From a bacterium (lineage in GTDB: Bacteria > Patescibacteriota > Patescibacteriia > Veblenbacterales > UBA10138): a stretch of DNA of 64,000 nt. This document shows, in pieces, positions 39,392 through 49,834 of this stretch. Every line of letters starts with the position of its first letter. Within the stretch, counting starts at the first letter, position 1. The DNA lies in contig JAGVEX010000006.1 of assembly GCA_020057885.1 (NCBI GenBank), forward strand, positions 23,850 to 87,849, read 5' to 3'. Under the pieces are notes generated by a model. It searched no databases and was not told where the DNA came from. It was given only the letters and a program-made list of their open reading frames with translations. The position numbers and the translations under genes are program-made.

Positions 39392-40327
39392 ATGTCACCT
39401 TTAGAGCGGGCTATTTTAAGAACATTAACTTGGTTTGATATTTCTAGTTATCCATTAACTGCTTTTGAGTGTTGGCAGTATCTCTATACAGAAAGTGAAA
39501 AAATTGATAATTATAGTATTAGTCAGGTAATAAATACTCTAGAGAAATTAACAAAGGAGGGGATGATAAAAAATGAAAATGGTTTTTGGCAATTAGCTAG
39601 TTCGCCCTCGCATTTTTTTAACCGCCAACAACAAGCTCGTTGGGCGTTACCAAAAAGGAAGCGTGCCCAAAAGGGCGCCAGACTTCTTTCTTATTTACCT
39701 TTTGTACGTTTTGTTGGCTTAGCCAACACCATGGCTTTTGACGCGCCGCGGCAAGCAAATAGTGATATTGATTTTTTTATAGTTTTAGGTAGTAACAGGC
39801 TTTTTATTGGCCGTTTGTTTGTGACTTTAATAGTACACTTATTTGGCTGGCGTCGTTATGGAGAACGAGTGCACAATCGTTTATGTTTAAGCTTTTACAT
39901 TACAGAAAATAATTTAAACTTAGAACAATTTTCTAAAAAAGATGATCCATATTTGCGCTTTTGGGTAGCCAGTCTAGTGCCTTTATTTGATAGAGGCATT
40001 TATGATCGCTTGATAAAAGCAAATGCTTGGGTGACAAAGGATTTACCCAATTGGCAAAAAATTTATTCAAGTTATATAAACAAAAATAAAAAAAGTTTAC
40101 CAAGTATTATACAGCGTATTTTAGAACTATTGTTTGGCGGAGCTTGGGGAAATTGGTGTGAAAAAGTTTTTTATAAATTTCAAATGAAACATATTTTACC
40201 CTATGTGGCTGATCATTTAAATAATGGAACAACTGACGTGGTTATTTCGGAAAAAGTTGTTAAAATGCATACTAATGATCGCCGCGTAGAATTGGCAGCC
40301 GCTTTTCGCAAACGTTTGCTTGGTTAG
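39392..40327 (+). CDS. Hypothetical protein
   Basis: ORF with native composition; possible nucleotidyltransferase-like core (DIDFFIVLG), weak. Confidence 0.4.
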   Translation: MSPLERAILRTLTWFDISSYPLTAFECWQYLYTESEKIDNYSISQVINTLEKLTKEGMIKNENGFWQLASSPSHFFNRQQQARWALPKRKRAQKGARLLSYLPFVRFVGLANTMAFDAPRQANSDIDFFIVLGSNRLFIGRLFVTLIVHLFGWRRYGERVHNRLCLSFYITENNLNLEQFSKKDDPYLRFWVASLVPLFDRGIYDRLIKANAWVTKDLPNWQKIYSSYINKNKKSLPSIIQRILELLFGGAWGNWCEKVFYKFQMKHILPYVADHLNNGTTDVVISEKVVKMHTNDRRVELAAAFRKRLLG

Positions 40328-40461
40328 TAGATAAATAAAGTAGTTTGGCCCCTGTAGTTTCCTCCTACGCTCTCGTTGCACTTGAGCTCCGGCGGACAAG
40401 TAATACTAAACAAAGTATTACTCGCTCATCGAAGCTCTGGTGCTAGCCAGAGCATGGTTTG

Positions 40462-40536
40462 GCCCCCGTCGTTTAATGGATAGGACACGAGATTCCGGAT
40501 CTCGTAATAGAGGTTCGATTCCTCTCGGGGGCACCA
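40462..40536 (+). tRNA. tRNA-Arg (anticodon CCG) with encoded CCA
   Basis: GCCCCCGTCGTTTAATGGATAGGACACGAGATTCCGGATCTCGTAATAGAGGTTCGATTCCTCTCGGGGGCACCA; acceptor GCCCCCG/CGGGGGC; anticodon loop TTCCGGA. Confidence 0.85.
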
Positions 40537-40620
40537 CGTAAAACTCATTTCATTCGCCACGTGGTAAAAAGATTGGACACTCGCGTCTCGTCCCGTGACG
40601 AGTATCAGCGAGTTATACGA

Positions 40621-40642
40621 GATTCGATTCCTCTCGGGGGCA
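40621..40642 (+). repeat. 22-nt direct repeat of the tRNA-Arg T-arm/3' acceptor end, 85 nt downstream of the tRNA
   Basis: GATTCGATTCCTCTCGGGGGCA versus tRNA GGTTCGATTCCTCTCGGGGGCA; an additional 18-nt copy of the tRNA 5' end plus upstream flank sits at 40344-40360. Confidence 0.55.
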
Positions 40643-40801
40643 TAGATGATGGTAGACGGGTGAAGTAGCTTATAAAAGGTTGTAATAAAGTTGTAATATT
40701 GAAGGCTTGTTTGCTGGTTATGGTAAATTATACTATAATAAACAATATCTTATCACTTTCCCTCGAATTTTCGAGGTTAATAATTAACCCATATAATATT
40801 T

Positions 40802-43204
40802 ATGGACTTTGCCCAAGCTGTGGCTGATACTTTTATGCCCTCACACACCAACCCAGTGGTTAAATACCTGGATTTGGTTTTGGATTGGGGGTTAAAAATT
40901 TTAATAGCCTTAGTCCCCTTAACATTTTTACCGTGGACATATGAGATTTTTGAATTTAATAAACAGTTTTTGTTATTAGGCTTGGGTGTAATTTTATTGG
41001 CTGTCTGGGTAACCAAGTCAGTTATTTCGCGTGAGGCCAAGCTGGTTAAATCGCCTTTAAATTGGGTAGTTTTGGCGTTTTTGGCGGCGGCAGTATTAAG
41101 TGTGGTATTTTCAGTTGATCAAATTACTTCAATTTTAGGTTTTTACGGCAGATTTAATGGTGGCTTGGTGAGCATAGTTGGTTACCTTATATTTTATTTT
41201 TTGGTTTTACAACTAAGCCAGCGTGAAAATGCTAAGCGTCAATTTTTTGGTTATTGGCTTGGTGGAGTAGGGCTTGGTGCTTTGGTTTTATTACTGCAGA
41301 TTTTAGGAGTGCGTTTTTTTAGCTTTCCAGCTGCGCAAGCAATTAATTTCTCGCCCTTGGGTAGTTCACTGAATTCTGTTGTATTAATATTAACCGCCAG
41401 TTTACCATTAGCTTTGTTCTTTGCTAAAGATAGCCGCCAGGCATTAACGCGTTGGCTAAGTTTAGGCTTTGTTATTCTTACCTTAGTACTCGTTTTTTTG
41501 ATTGATTATCAGTTGGGTTGGATTGGATTATTAATAAGTTCAGCAGTGTGGTTAGCTCTAATATTTTGGAAAAATGAGATAGTTGGTTTTAAATGGACAA
41601 TTTTGCCTTCACTTGCCTTGCTTTTGGCGGTAGTTGGTTGGCCGTTAATTACTACTAAACTTACGCGGCTTAATGTGCCAGTAGAAGTAAACCTTTCTAT
41701 GTCAGCTAGTTGGAAAATTGCTTGGGAAAATATTAAGCTGAATCCTGTTTTAGGCACTGGGCCAGAAACATTTATTTACGGTTTTTCCAAATATAAACCA
41801 ACCAATTTTAATGACTCTGATTTTTGGGCTTTCCGTTTTGACAAAGCCTCTTCTGAATTTGCCCAAATGTTTGGTACTGTTGGTTTTTTGGGTTTGGCTG
41901 CTTATTTGTCCTTATTTATATTAGCTTTGTATTTGAGCTGGCGCTTACTAAAAAATCAGGGTAGTTCAGAATGGTATATATCGGGCGCTATTATTACCTC
42001 ATTCTTAGTTTTGTTGGTGGGAAATATATTTTATTTTTCCAATACTACGCTAGCTATGTTTATGTGGTTTATATTGGCGCTGTTGGCCTCTTGGAGTTCA
42101 AAGGGTACGCGTAGTTGGTCGCTTAAAGGTTCACCACGAATGTCTTTCTTATTCTCTTTTGGTTTGGCAGTAGTGGTTTTGTTGGCTGTTGGCGTTTGGT
42201 TTGGTATTGGCCGTTTGTGGGCGGCTGATAATGCTTATATGCAGGCGCAAATTAAGGGTAATAATGTAAATACTTTGGAGCAGGCACAGGTTGATATGAC
42301 CAAAGCGGTTAATCTTAATCCATGGCGCGATATTTATCGTATTGGTTTGGCGCAGGTTGATTTGGCCTTGGCCAACAGAGTGGCCAAACAAACAGCTGGC
42401 AAAACCGAAGCCGAACGCCAAGCACAAATTACAAAATTGCAACAGTATATTGCCGATTCAATTGCGGCTGCTAAATCGGCCACTGAATTATCCAAAGAGA
42501 GCGTGTCTAATTGGGAAGCACTTGGCTCTATTTATCGTGGTACAGTGTTATTTGCACGCGATGCCGAAAGTTGGGTAATAGATTCTTTCCAAAAAGCTAT
42601 TAAACTCGAGCCTTCTAATCCAGCACTTTATACCGAGCTTGGTAAGGCTTATTTAATTGCTGGCAATCGTCAGCAACAACAAGCCTCTGGTTCCACCACC
42701 GATGAAGCTGCTAAAGCTAAATTGGCCGGCGAAGCTACTATTAATATTAATAAGGCTATAGAACAATTCGAGTTGGCTATTAAACTTAAGAGCAATTATA
42801 CCCCAGCTCACTTTAACGAAGCGCTGGCTTATGAGTTGCAAGGCAAGATTGATCAGGCGATTGATAAACTAGAGCGCATTCGTTCTTATAATCAAACAGA
42901 TGTAGATGTGCTTTATGAGCTTGGTAGTTTGTATTATGGCAAAGCAGTGTATGATAAAGCGGCCACAGTATTTAAATCCGTTACTAGTTTAGTGCCTAAC
43001 CATGCCAATGCTCATTACGGACTTTCGTTGGTCTACCAAAAAACTGGCGTGTTAGATAAAGCAATTGAGGAAATGCAAAAAGTGTTGGATCTAAATCCTG
43101 GCAATCAGCAAATTCAACAGCAACTTGATGCTTTGAAAAAAGGCGAAACACAAAATCCGGTAACACCAACGCCGTCTACCAACACCCCAGCACCTAAAAA
43201 GTAG
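40802..43204 (+). CDS. O-antigen ligase-like (Wzy_C) polytopic membrane protein fused to C-terminal TPR repeats
   Basis: About 12 TM helices in the N-terminal 450 aa; C-terminal region with repeated TPR-like A..Y..G/A..Y.....A...F..A pattern. Confidence 0.6.
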   Translation: MDFAQAVADTFMPSHTNPVVKYLDLVLDWGLKILIALVPLTFLPWTYEIFEFNKQFLLLGLGVILLAVWVTKSVISREAKLVKSPLNWVVLAFLAAAVLSVVFSVDQITSILGFYGRFNGGLVSIVGYLIFYFLVLQLSQRENAKRQFFGYWLGGVGLGALVLLLQILGVRFFSFPAAQAINFSPLGSSLNSVVLILTASLPLALFFAKDSRQALTRWLSLGFVILTLVLVFLIDYQLGWIGLLISSAVWLALIFWKNEIVGFKWTILPSLALLLAVVGWPLITTKLTRLNVPVEVNLSMSASWKIAWENIKLNPVLGTGPETFIYGFSKYKPTNFNDSDFWAFRFDKASSEFAQMFGTVGFLGLAAYLSLFILALYLSWRLLKNQGSSEWYISGAIITSFLVLLVGNIFYFSNTTLAMFMWFILALLASWSSKGTRSWSLKGSPRMSFLFSFGLAVVVLLAVGVWFGIGRLWAADNAYMQAQIKGNNVNTLEQAQVDMTKAVNLNPWRDIYRIGLAQVDLALANRVAKQTAGKTEAERQAQITKLQQYIADSIAAAKSATELSKESVSNWEALGSIYRGTVLFARDAESWVIDSFQKAIKLEPSNPALYTELGKAYLIAGNRQQQQASGSTTDEAAKAKLAGEATININKAIEQFELAIKLKSNYTPAHFNEALAYELQGKIDQAIDKLERIRSYNQTDVDVLYELGSLYYGKAVYDKAATVFKSVTSLVPNHANAHYGLSLVYQKTGVLDKAIEEMQKVLDLNPGNQQIQQQLDALKKGETQNPVTPTPSTNTPAPKK

Positions 43205-43282
43205 CGCGGGTAACGGTTAAGAAATTTAAAAGTACCCCCAAAGCGGGGGTACTTTTGATTTAATGAAGCTCGCATGGGTTTA

Positions 43283-43454
43283 CTTGCCTGCCGATAGGGC
43301 AGGCGTTTAGTTATTTTTTTGCGGAATCCCTGCCTTGCCGGATTTCGGCGAGCCCAATCGAGTCGCAGGCAGGCACCGAAGCAATCATTTCAACTGCGAG
43401 GGCTGAACATTTATAACTTAACGGCCAAGGCTTTCCCTGCCTGCGGTAGGCAGG
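43283..43454. repeat. Three GC-rich palindromic repeat copies in one 280-nt intergenic region
   Basis: TTGCCTGCC-gatag-GGCAGGCG; CCCTGCCTTGCCGGATTTCGGCGAGCCCAATCGAGTCGCAGGCAGG (50-nt core shared with 11143-11187); CCCTGCCTGCGGTAGGCAGG. Confidence 0.55.
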
Positions 43455-43487
43455 TGCAAAGGTGGATAAACTTGCTATACTAGCTTT

Positions 43488-44825
43488 ATGCGACTTAAGA
43501 CTTTTATTCGTTCTTTAGCGCCCCAGTGGCTTTTGAGTTTGTATCATTTTAAGCGGTCGGTTTTGGCGGCGATAATTTATGGTTTTCCGGCCAAGCGTTT
43601 GATTATTATTGGCGTAACCGGCACTAAAGGAAAAACCACTACCAGTGCTATGATATGGTATTTATTGCAAGCCGCTGGGCACAAAGCTGGGCTTATTTCT
43701 ACTGCGCAAATTTCTATTGGCGCCGAGACCAAATTAAATGATTTAAAAATGACCATGCCCAGTCCGTTTGTTTTGCAGAGATTATTGCGTCGTATGGTAA
43801 AAGTTGGTTGCAAATACGCTGTGGTAGAAACTTCGTCCGAAGGCTTGGCGCAATGGCGACACCTAGGGATCAATTACGACATAGCGGTTTTTACCAATCT
43901 TGATCCGGAACACTTGGAAACACATGGCAGTTATGAAAATTATCGCGCGGCTAAGGGTAAATTGTTTAAGGTTTTAGTGAAGAGTAAAATTAAAAAAATT
44001 CCTACTCTTGCCGCAGTTATAAAAACTTCAATTATTAATATTGATGATAGGGAATCAGCTTACTTTTTACAGTTTCCAGTGGCGCGTAAAATAGGTTTTA
44101 CAATAGAGGGCAAGGTGGTACCCAATTTAGCTACTGTTTATTCGGCTGATATTAAAGATGTAACACCACATCACTCAAGCTTTACAGTTAATAACAAGGA
44201 AGTATTTTTGCCCGTGGGCGGGAATTTTAATATAGCGAACGCCACAGCGGCTTTAGCAGTAGTGGCAACTTTGGGCGTGCCGCTGGCGAGAGCGGCAGAT
44301 AGTCTAGCGGATTTTTCAGGCACACCAGGTAGGTTAGAATTTGTAATTGCCAAACCATTTAGTGTGGTGGTTGATTATGCGCACACCCCAGAGTCGCTCG
44401 AGGCCGTTTACAAGACTTTAAAAGGTACAGATGGGCGTTTGCTCGCTGTACTTGGTTCTTGCGGTGGCGGGCGCGATAAAGCCAAACGCGAAGTTTTGGG
44501 GCGGCTCGCTGGCAAGTATGCGGATTTGGTTTTTGTGACAAACGAAGATCCTTATGACGAAGATCCACATATAATTATTGGCGCAGTGGCGCGCGGCGCC
44601 CGTACGGCTGGTAAAAAAGACGGCGAGAATTTGTGGGTTAATCTAGACAGGCGTTCAGCAATTGCCCAAGCGTTGAAAGTGGCTAAACCAGGCGATACCG
44701 TGGTTATTACCGGCAAAGGCGCGGAACAGTGGCTTTGTGTGGCAGGAGGTAAAAAAACTCCATGGGATGATAGGAGAGTTGTGAGAGAGGAGTTTGATAA
44801 ATTGAATAGTGAAACTAATTTATAG
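43488..44825 (+). CDS. murE: Mur ligase family enzyme, MurE-like (UDP-MurNAc-tripeptide synthetase)
   Basis: IIGVTGTKGKTTTSAMI P-loop, VVVDYAHTPESLEAVYKTL (MurE-type DYAHTP motif), C-terminal Mur ligase domain; short (445 aa), so family-level call. Confidence 0.6.
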   Translation: MRLKTFIRSLAPQWLLSLYHFKRSVLAAIIYGFPAKRLIIIGVTGTKGKTTTSAMIWYLLQAAGHKAGLISTAQISIGAETKLNDLKMTMPSPFVLQRLLRRMVKVGCKYAVVETSSEGLAQWRHLGINYDIAVFTNLDPEHLETHGSYENYRAAKGKLFKVLVKSKIKKIPTLAAVIKTSIINIDDRESAYFLQFPVARKIGFTIEGKVVPNLATVYSADIKDVTPHHSSFTVNNKEVFLPVGGNFNIANATAALAVVATLGVPLARAADSLADFSGTPGRLEFVIAKPFSVVVDYAHTPESLEAVYKTLKGTDGRLLAVLGSCGGGRDKAKREVLGRLAGKYADLVFVTNEDPYDEDPHIIIGAVARGARTAGKKDGENLWVNLDRRSAIAQALKVAKPGDTVVITGKGAEQWLCVAGGKKTPWDDRRVVREEFDKLNSETNL

Positions 44826-44921
44826 AATTTAGTTTTAATATTGCGCACAACAGAGAGTAATAATTTAAATAATTTGATTCCTAATACTTCTGAATCTAAA
44901 ATCGTCCTTTTTGGATAGTTT

Positions 44922-46115
44922 TTGGTATACTATAGATATATGTTTTTTAGAAAAACATTCACAGAAGAATGGTCACAAAAGAATGCGCCAGTATTTTGGG
45001 TTGAGATGATCCACCGAGGTGACGTAGTTGAAATGCCAAAATTGTTTGGTTTTTCTTTTGGCGAGCATTGTTTTATTAGTCGTAATCAAACCACAACATT
45101 CTATGCCAATAATCGTACCCAACAACGCGCGTTAAAGTGGGGTAAGTTGTGGTACAACAAAACACGCAATCTGTCGCGGCTTTTGCATTTAACTGTAATT
45201 GCAGACAGACATTTATGTAGTGTACTGAAAAATTTACGTAAGTTAGATTTAAAAAATGCTAGTACACATCAACTTTACAGTAGATTAGAAAAAATATTTA
45301 TAGCTTACGCGCGATTTATAGCGGTATATCGTTTTACTCGTCCTAGTTTTTATAACGACCTTGTTTTAAGTCTTCAGTTGCTTATTCCAAAGCCTACAGA
45401 ACAGAATTTAAGTAAGTTACTCTCCAGTAGACCACGTTCACTTCAATCTCGTGTACCAACTAAGATGTGGAAGTTGACAGGGCAATTAAAGAAAGTCGGA
45501 GAACGCAGACTTGCGATGCATACGACTTATATGGATAGTTTTAAAAAAGTATACCCATTGTTTGTTGCGATTGGTCGTAAGTTGGGTGTAAGTAGTAGCT
45601 CGATACAAAATACTACACTGGATGAACTGAGAGCATGTTTACTTGATGACAAGCCATTTCCACGACGCGCAGCAGAGGCACGCTTATTTGGTTATAAATT
45701 TATCTATCGCAGAAGATCTTTTTTTATTTCAATTAGGTACACATCTATTGGACGAGCTAGTTTTCGTGATTCAACTCCAGTCAAGTTGGTTGGGCAAGTA
45801 GCATGCACTGGTCATATTCAAGGAAGAGTGAGGGTTATTGAGCAGTCCTTAAGGGGTATAACATATAAGGAAGCACAACATATGAGACATGGAGAAATAT
45901 TGGTAACCTCCAGCACCTCACCTGATATGATGCTAGCGATAAATAAAGCCAGTGCTATTGTGACTGATGTTGGTGGGCAATTATCCCATGCCGCCATAGT
46001 ATCACGGGAGCTTAGGATACCTTGTGTGATAGGGACTATGCGTGCTAGTAAAGTTTTTCATGATGGTGATTTTATAGAAGTTGATGCTTATAAAGGGATA
46101 GTTAGGAAATTATAG
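44922..46115 (+). CDS. Protein with C-terminal PEP-utilising enzyme mobile domain
   Basis: GEILVTSSTSPDMMLAINKASAIVTDVGGQLSHAAIVSRELRIPCVIG is the phospho-histidine mobile domain; N-terminal 280 aa unassigned. Confidence 0.55.
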   Translation: MVYYRYMFFRKTFTEEWSQKNAPVFWVEMIHRGDVVEMPKLFGFSFGEHCFISRNQTTTFYANNRTQQRALKWGKLWYNKTRNLSRLLHLTVIADRHLCSVLKNLRKLDLKNASTHQLYSRLEKIFIAYARFIAVYRFTRPSFYNDLVLSLQLLIPKPTEQNLSKLLSSRPRSLQSRVPTKMWKLTGQLKKVGERRLAMHTTYMDSFKKVYPLFVAIGRKLGVSSSSIQNTTLDELRACLLDDKPFPRRAAEARLFGYKFIYRRRSFFISIRYTSIGRASFRDSTPVKLVGQVACTGHIQGRVRVIEQSLRGITYKEAQHMRHGEILVTSSTSPDMMLAINKASAIVTDVGGQLSHAAIVSRELRIPCVIGTMRASKVFHDGDFIEVDAYKGIVRKL

Positions 46116-46430
46116 TTAGTACATATTATTAGGCTGTGGATAACTTTAATTAATTTATCCATATTTTACGCAAAAAGTAGCATTTTCCCTTTAAAATAGA
46201 GATTTTGGCTAAAATAGGCACTTTTCCACACTTGACAACTTGACATAGAACACTCAACTTGATAAACTCGAACTACTTAGTTATAGCTTTTAGGACCATT
46301 TGATGGGTCTAATTAAGGACTTTATTTTTGGCGCACGCTTCATGCGTCTTAGATTTCTTGCCTAGTTTGCAAGAACGAAACATCTCATTCCCTAATAATT
46401 AAGAGGGATAAAGGGAACGAGTGCTTTTTT

Positions 46431-49400
46431 ATGTCTGCCAATTTAACGGCCCCACATCTTTTGCGCGAAAGGAAAACTTTCACGCCTATAAAAGACGCTA
46501 TTTCCTTGCCTGATCTCATTGAGATTCAGAAGTCTTCTTATCAATGGTTTTTTGATGAAGGCTTAAAGGAGCTTTTTGACGAGATTTCTCCAATTCATGA
46601 TTTTATTGGTCGTGATTTGGAGCTTTATTTTTTGGATTATTATTTAGACGAGCCTAAATTTGACGAAGTGACAGCACGAGCCAAGAACACCAGTTACGAA
46701 GCGGCCTTGCGCGTAAAAATTAGGTTGGTTAACAAAAAAACCGGTGAAATAAAAGAGCAGCAAGTTTACCTAGGCGATTTTCCGAGCATGACACCGCGTG
46801 GCACTTTTGTGGTAAACGGCATTGAGCGCGTGGTAGTATCACAACTTATTCGTTCCGCTGGAGTATTTTTTACTTCCGAATTTTTGCGTGGCCGCCGTTA
46901 TTATGGCGCTAAGATAATTCCCAATCGCGGGGCCTGGCTGGAGTTTGAAACTGATTTAAATAATGTCTTGTGGGTAAAAATAGATCGCAAGCGTAAAGTG
47001 GCCGCTACTTCACTCTTGCGCGCTTTTGGTTTTGGCGCGGAGGAAGAAATTAAGGCGCAGTTTACCGATGTTGATACTCATTCAGAAAACCATTATATCA
47101 ATTCTACTTTAATAAAAGATTCGGCTAAGAATGAGGCAGAAGGTTTAATAGAAGTTTATAAGCGTATTCGTCCAGGTGATTTAGCGACCGTGGATAATGC
47201 CAAACAACTTATTCATAACATGTTTTTTAATTTTGCGCGTTATGATTTTGGTCGCGTGGGACGCTATAAATTAAATCAACGTTTTGGTTTTAAAATTGAG
47301 AACACCAAAGAGAACAGAGTACTACGGCCAGAAGATTTGGTAATGATTATTAAAGAAATTATTAGGCTTAATAATACTCAAGAACAACCAGATGACATTG
47401 ACCATTTGGGCAACAGGCGCGTGCGCGCGGTGGGCGAATTAGTGCAGAACAAATTCCGTGTTGGTTTGGCGCGCTTGGAGCGTATTATTAAAGACCGTAT
47501 GTCCACTTTGGATATTGCCACTTTAACTCCCAACCAATTGGTAAACGCGAGGCCTATTATTGGCGCCATTAAGGAATTTTTTATGTCCTCGCAGCTTTCC
47601 CAATTCATGGATCAAACCAATCCATTGGCGGAGCTTGAGCATAAGCGTCGGCTTTCGGCTATGGGTCCGGGTGGACTTTCGCGCGAACGTGCTGGCTTTG
47701 ATGTGCGCGATGTACACCGTACTCACTATGGTCGTATTTGTCCTATTGCTACCCCCGAAGGTCCTAACATTGGTTTGGTAGGGCACTTGGCTTCTTATGC
47801 GCGAGTGAATAGTTATGGTTTTATAGAAACACCTTTCCGTCGCGTGGTGCATGATTTAGCCAACGACAGCGTTTCGGCTGTTGGTGAAAAATTGCGTCAA
47901 GACGTAGTGGATATTAATGGAAAAATATTAGGCAAGAAAGATGATTCTATAACATCGGAATTAGCTCGTAAATTAAAAGACAGTGGTGCTAAAACAGTGC
48001 CGATTGTTCCACACGTTACCACTGAGATTTTGTGGCTAGACGCTTTTGAAGAAGAGAGAAATGTTACTACTGCCGCCACTACTCCAATTAACGAACAAGG
48101 ATATTTTAAAAACGAACGAGCTGAGGTTCGTGAACATGGCGAACCAACTATTGATTGGGTTTGGAAAATTGATTACATGGATGTTTCCCCCAAGCAAATT
48201 GTTTCAATAACTACAGCTTTAATTCCTTTCTTGGAACATGATGACGCCGTGCGTGCTTTAATGGGTACAAATATGCAACGCCAAGCCGTACCTTGTATTA
48301 AGCCGCAGGCGCCAGTGGTTGGTACTGGAGCCGAGGCCAAAGCCGCGCAAGATTCAGGCCAGGCGGTAGTGGCGCAACAAGAGGGTGAAGTAGTAGTAGT
48401 GCAATCTGATCGCGTAGAAATTAAAGATAGCAAAGGCCAAGTTCATATTTATAATTTAGGAAAATTTGTACGCTCCAACGCTTCTACTTGTATGAATCAA
48501 AAGCCAATTGTGGAAAAGGGGCAGAAAGTTAACAAGGGTGATGTGCTGGCCGATGGTGCTGCGACTGATAACGGCGAATTAGCTATTGGGCAAAATGTAT
48601 TGGTAGCTTATATGCCTTGGGAAGGTGGCAATTATGAGGATGCAATACTTATTTCGGAACGTTTGGTAAAAGATGATCGTTATACCTCTATTCATATTGA
48701 GGACTACACTATTGATGTGCGCGACACTAAACTTGGTCCGGAAATTGTCACGCGCGATATTCCCAACGTGGGCGAAGAGAAATTAAAAGATTTGGATGAA
48801 GAGGGGGTTGTGCGTGTGGGCGCGGAAGTTTCTTCGGGTGATATTTTAGTTGGTAAAATTACTCCCAAAGGCGAAACTGAGCTTTCGGCCGAGGAAAAAC
48901 TTTTACGCGCTATTTTTGGCGAAAAAGCCAAGGACGTGCGCGATTCTTCACTTTATTTGGAGCATGGCGAACACGGCAAGGTGGTGGGTATAAAAATATT
49001 CTCGCGTGAAAACGGCGACAGGTTGTCTTCTGGTGTTATTAAATCAATTCAGGTTTCCATTGCTCAACTGCGCAAGATTCAAGTAGGCGATAAAATGGCC
49101 GGCCGCCACGGTAATAAAGGCGTAATTTCTAAAATTGTACCGGTAGAGGATCTACCTTTCTTGGCCGACGGTACGCCAATAGATATTATTTTAAATCCCT
49201 TGGGTGTAGCCTCTCGTATGAACATTGGTCAGATTTTGGAAACTCATTTAGGTTTGGCCGCTTGGAGTTTGGGTTATCACGTAGCTACTCCAGCGCTCGA
49301 TGGCGTGCCGGAAGAAATTATTAAACAACAATTAGTAAAAGCTAAGTTTCCAGCGGATGGTAAAATAACACTTTATCATGGTCGCACGGGTGAGCCGTTT

Positions 49401-49817
49401 GATAACCAAATAACTGTTGGTATTACTTACATGCTTAAGTTAAATCATTTGGTAGAAGATAAAATTCACCAGCGTTCTATAGGTCCTTATTCTTTGGTCA
49501 CCCAGCAGCCTCTTGGTGGTAAGGCACAATTCGGCGGTCAACGTTTCGGTGAAATGGAAGTGTGGGCACTTGAGGCTTATGGTGCCGCCCATACTCTGCA
49601 AGAAATTTTAACGATTAAATCCGATGACGTGCCGGGTCGCTCCAAAGCCTATGAGTCGATTATTAAGGGCGAGCCGATTAAAAAACTTAACGTGCCAGAG
49701 TCATTCAATGTACTTATTAGAGAACTTAAAGGTTTGGCACTCGATGTTGAATTATTGAAAGATGGTCGAGTAATTAAAACAGATCAACCAGAACAAAAGC
49801 CTACGGTCGAGGCCTAG
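46431..49817 (+). CDS. rpoB: DNA-directed RNA polymerase subunit beta
   Basis: Conserved blocks [16 protein letters not shown], rifampicin-cluster region, [37 protein letters not shown]. Confidence 0.97.
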   Translation: MSANLTAPHLLRERKTFTPIKDAISLPDLIEIQKSSYQWFFDEGLKELFDEISPIHDFIGRDLELYFLDYYLDEPKFDEVTARAKNTSYEAALRVKIRLVNKKTGEIKEQQVYLGDFPSMTPRGTFVVNGIERVVVSQLIRSAGVFFTSEFLRGRRYYGAKIIPNRGAWLEFETDLNNVLWVKIDRKRKVAATSLLRAFGFGAEEEIKAQFTDVDTHSENHYINSTLIKDSAKNEAEGLIEVYKRIRPGDLATVDNAKQLIHNMFFNFARYDFGRVGRYKLNQRFGFKIENTKENRVLRPEDLVMIIKEIIRLNNTQEQPDDIDHLGNRRVRAVGELVQNKFRVGLARLERIIKDRMSTLDIATLTPNQLVNARPIIGAIKEFFMSSQLSQFMDQTNPLAELEHKRRLSAMGPGGLSRERAGFDVRDVHRTHYGRICPIATPEGPNIGLVGHLASYARVNSYGFIETPFRRVVHDLANDSVSAVGEKLRQDVVDINGKILGKKDDSITSELARKLKDSGAKTVPIVPHVTTEILWLDAFEEERNVTTAATTPINEQGYFKNERAEVREHGEPTIDWVWKIDYMDVSPKQIVSITTALIPFLEHDDAVRALMGTNMQRQAVPCIKPQAPVVGTGAEAKAAQDSGQAVVAQQEGEVVVVQSDRVEIKDSKGQVHIYNLGKFVRSNASTCMNQKPIVEKGQKVNKGDVLADGAATDNGELAIGQNVLVAYMPWEGGNYEDAILISERLVKDDRYTSIHIEDYTIDVRDTKLGPEIVTRDIPNVGEEKLKDLDEEGVVRVGAEVSSGDILVGKITPKGETELSAEEKLLRAIFGEKAKDVRDSSLYLEHGEHGKVVGIKIFSRENGDRLSSGVIKSIQVSIAQLRKIQVGDKMAGRHGNKGVISKIVPVEDLPFLADGTPIDIILNPLGVASRMNIGQILETHLGLAAWSLGYHVATPALDGVPEEIIKQQLVKAKFPADGKITLYHGRTGEPFDNQITVGITYMLKLNHLVEDKIHQRSIGPYSLVTQQPLGGKAQFGGQRFGEMEVWALEAYGAAHTLQEILTIKSDDVPGRSKAYESIIKGEPIKKLNVPESFNVLIRELKGLALDVELLKDGRVIKTDQPEQKPTVEA

Positions 49818-49834
49818 GGTTAATTATATTTATT

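Noticed and set aside
40462-40645. tmRNA hypothesis for the tRNA-Arg region (GCCCCCG at the 5' end pairing with CGGGGGC at the distal duplicate)
   Set aside because: Span is only about 184 nt, contains a complete conventional tRNA-Arg, has no tag-peptide ORF or pseudoknots, and the distal copy is followed by TAG rather than CCA.
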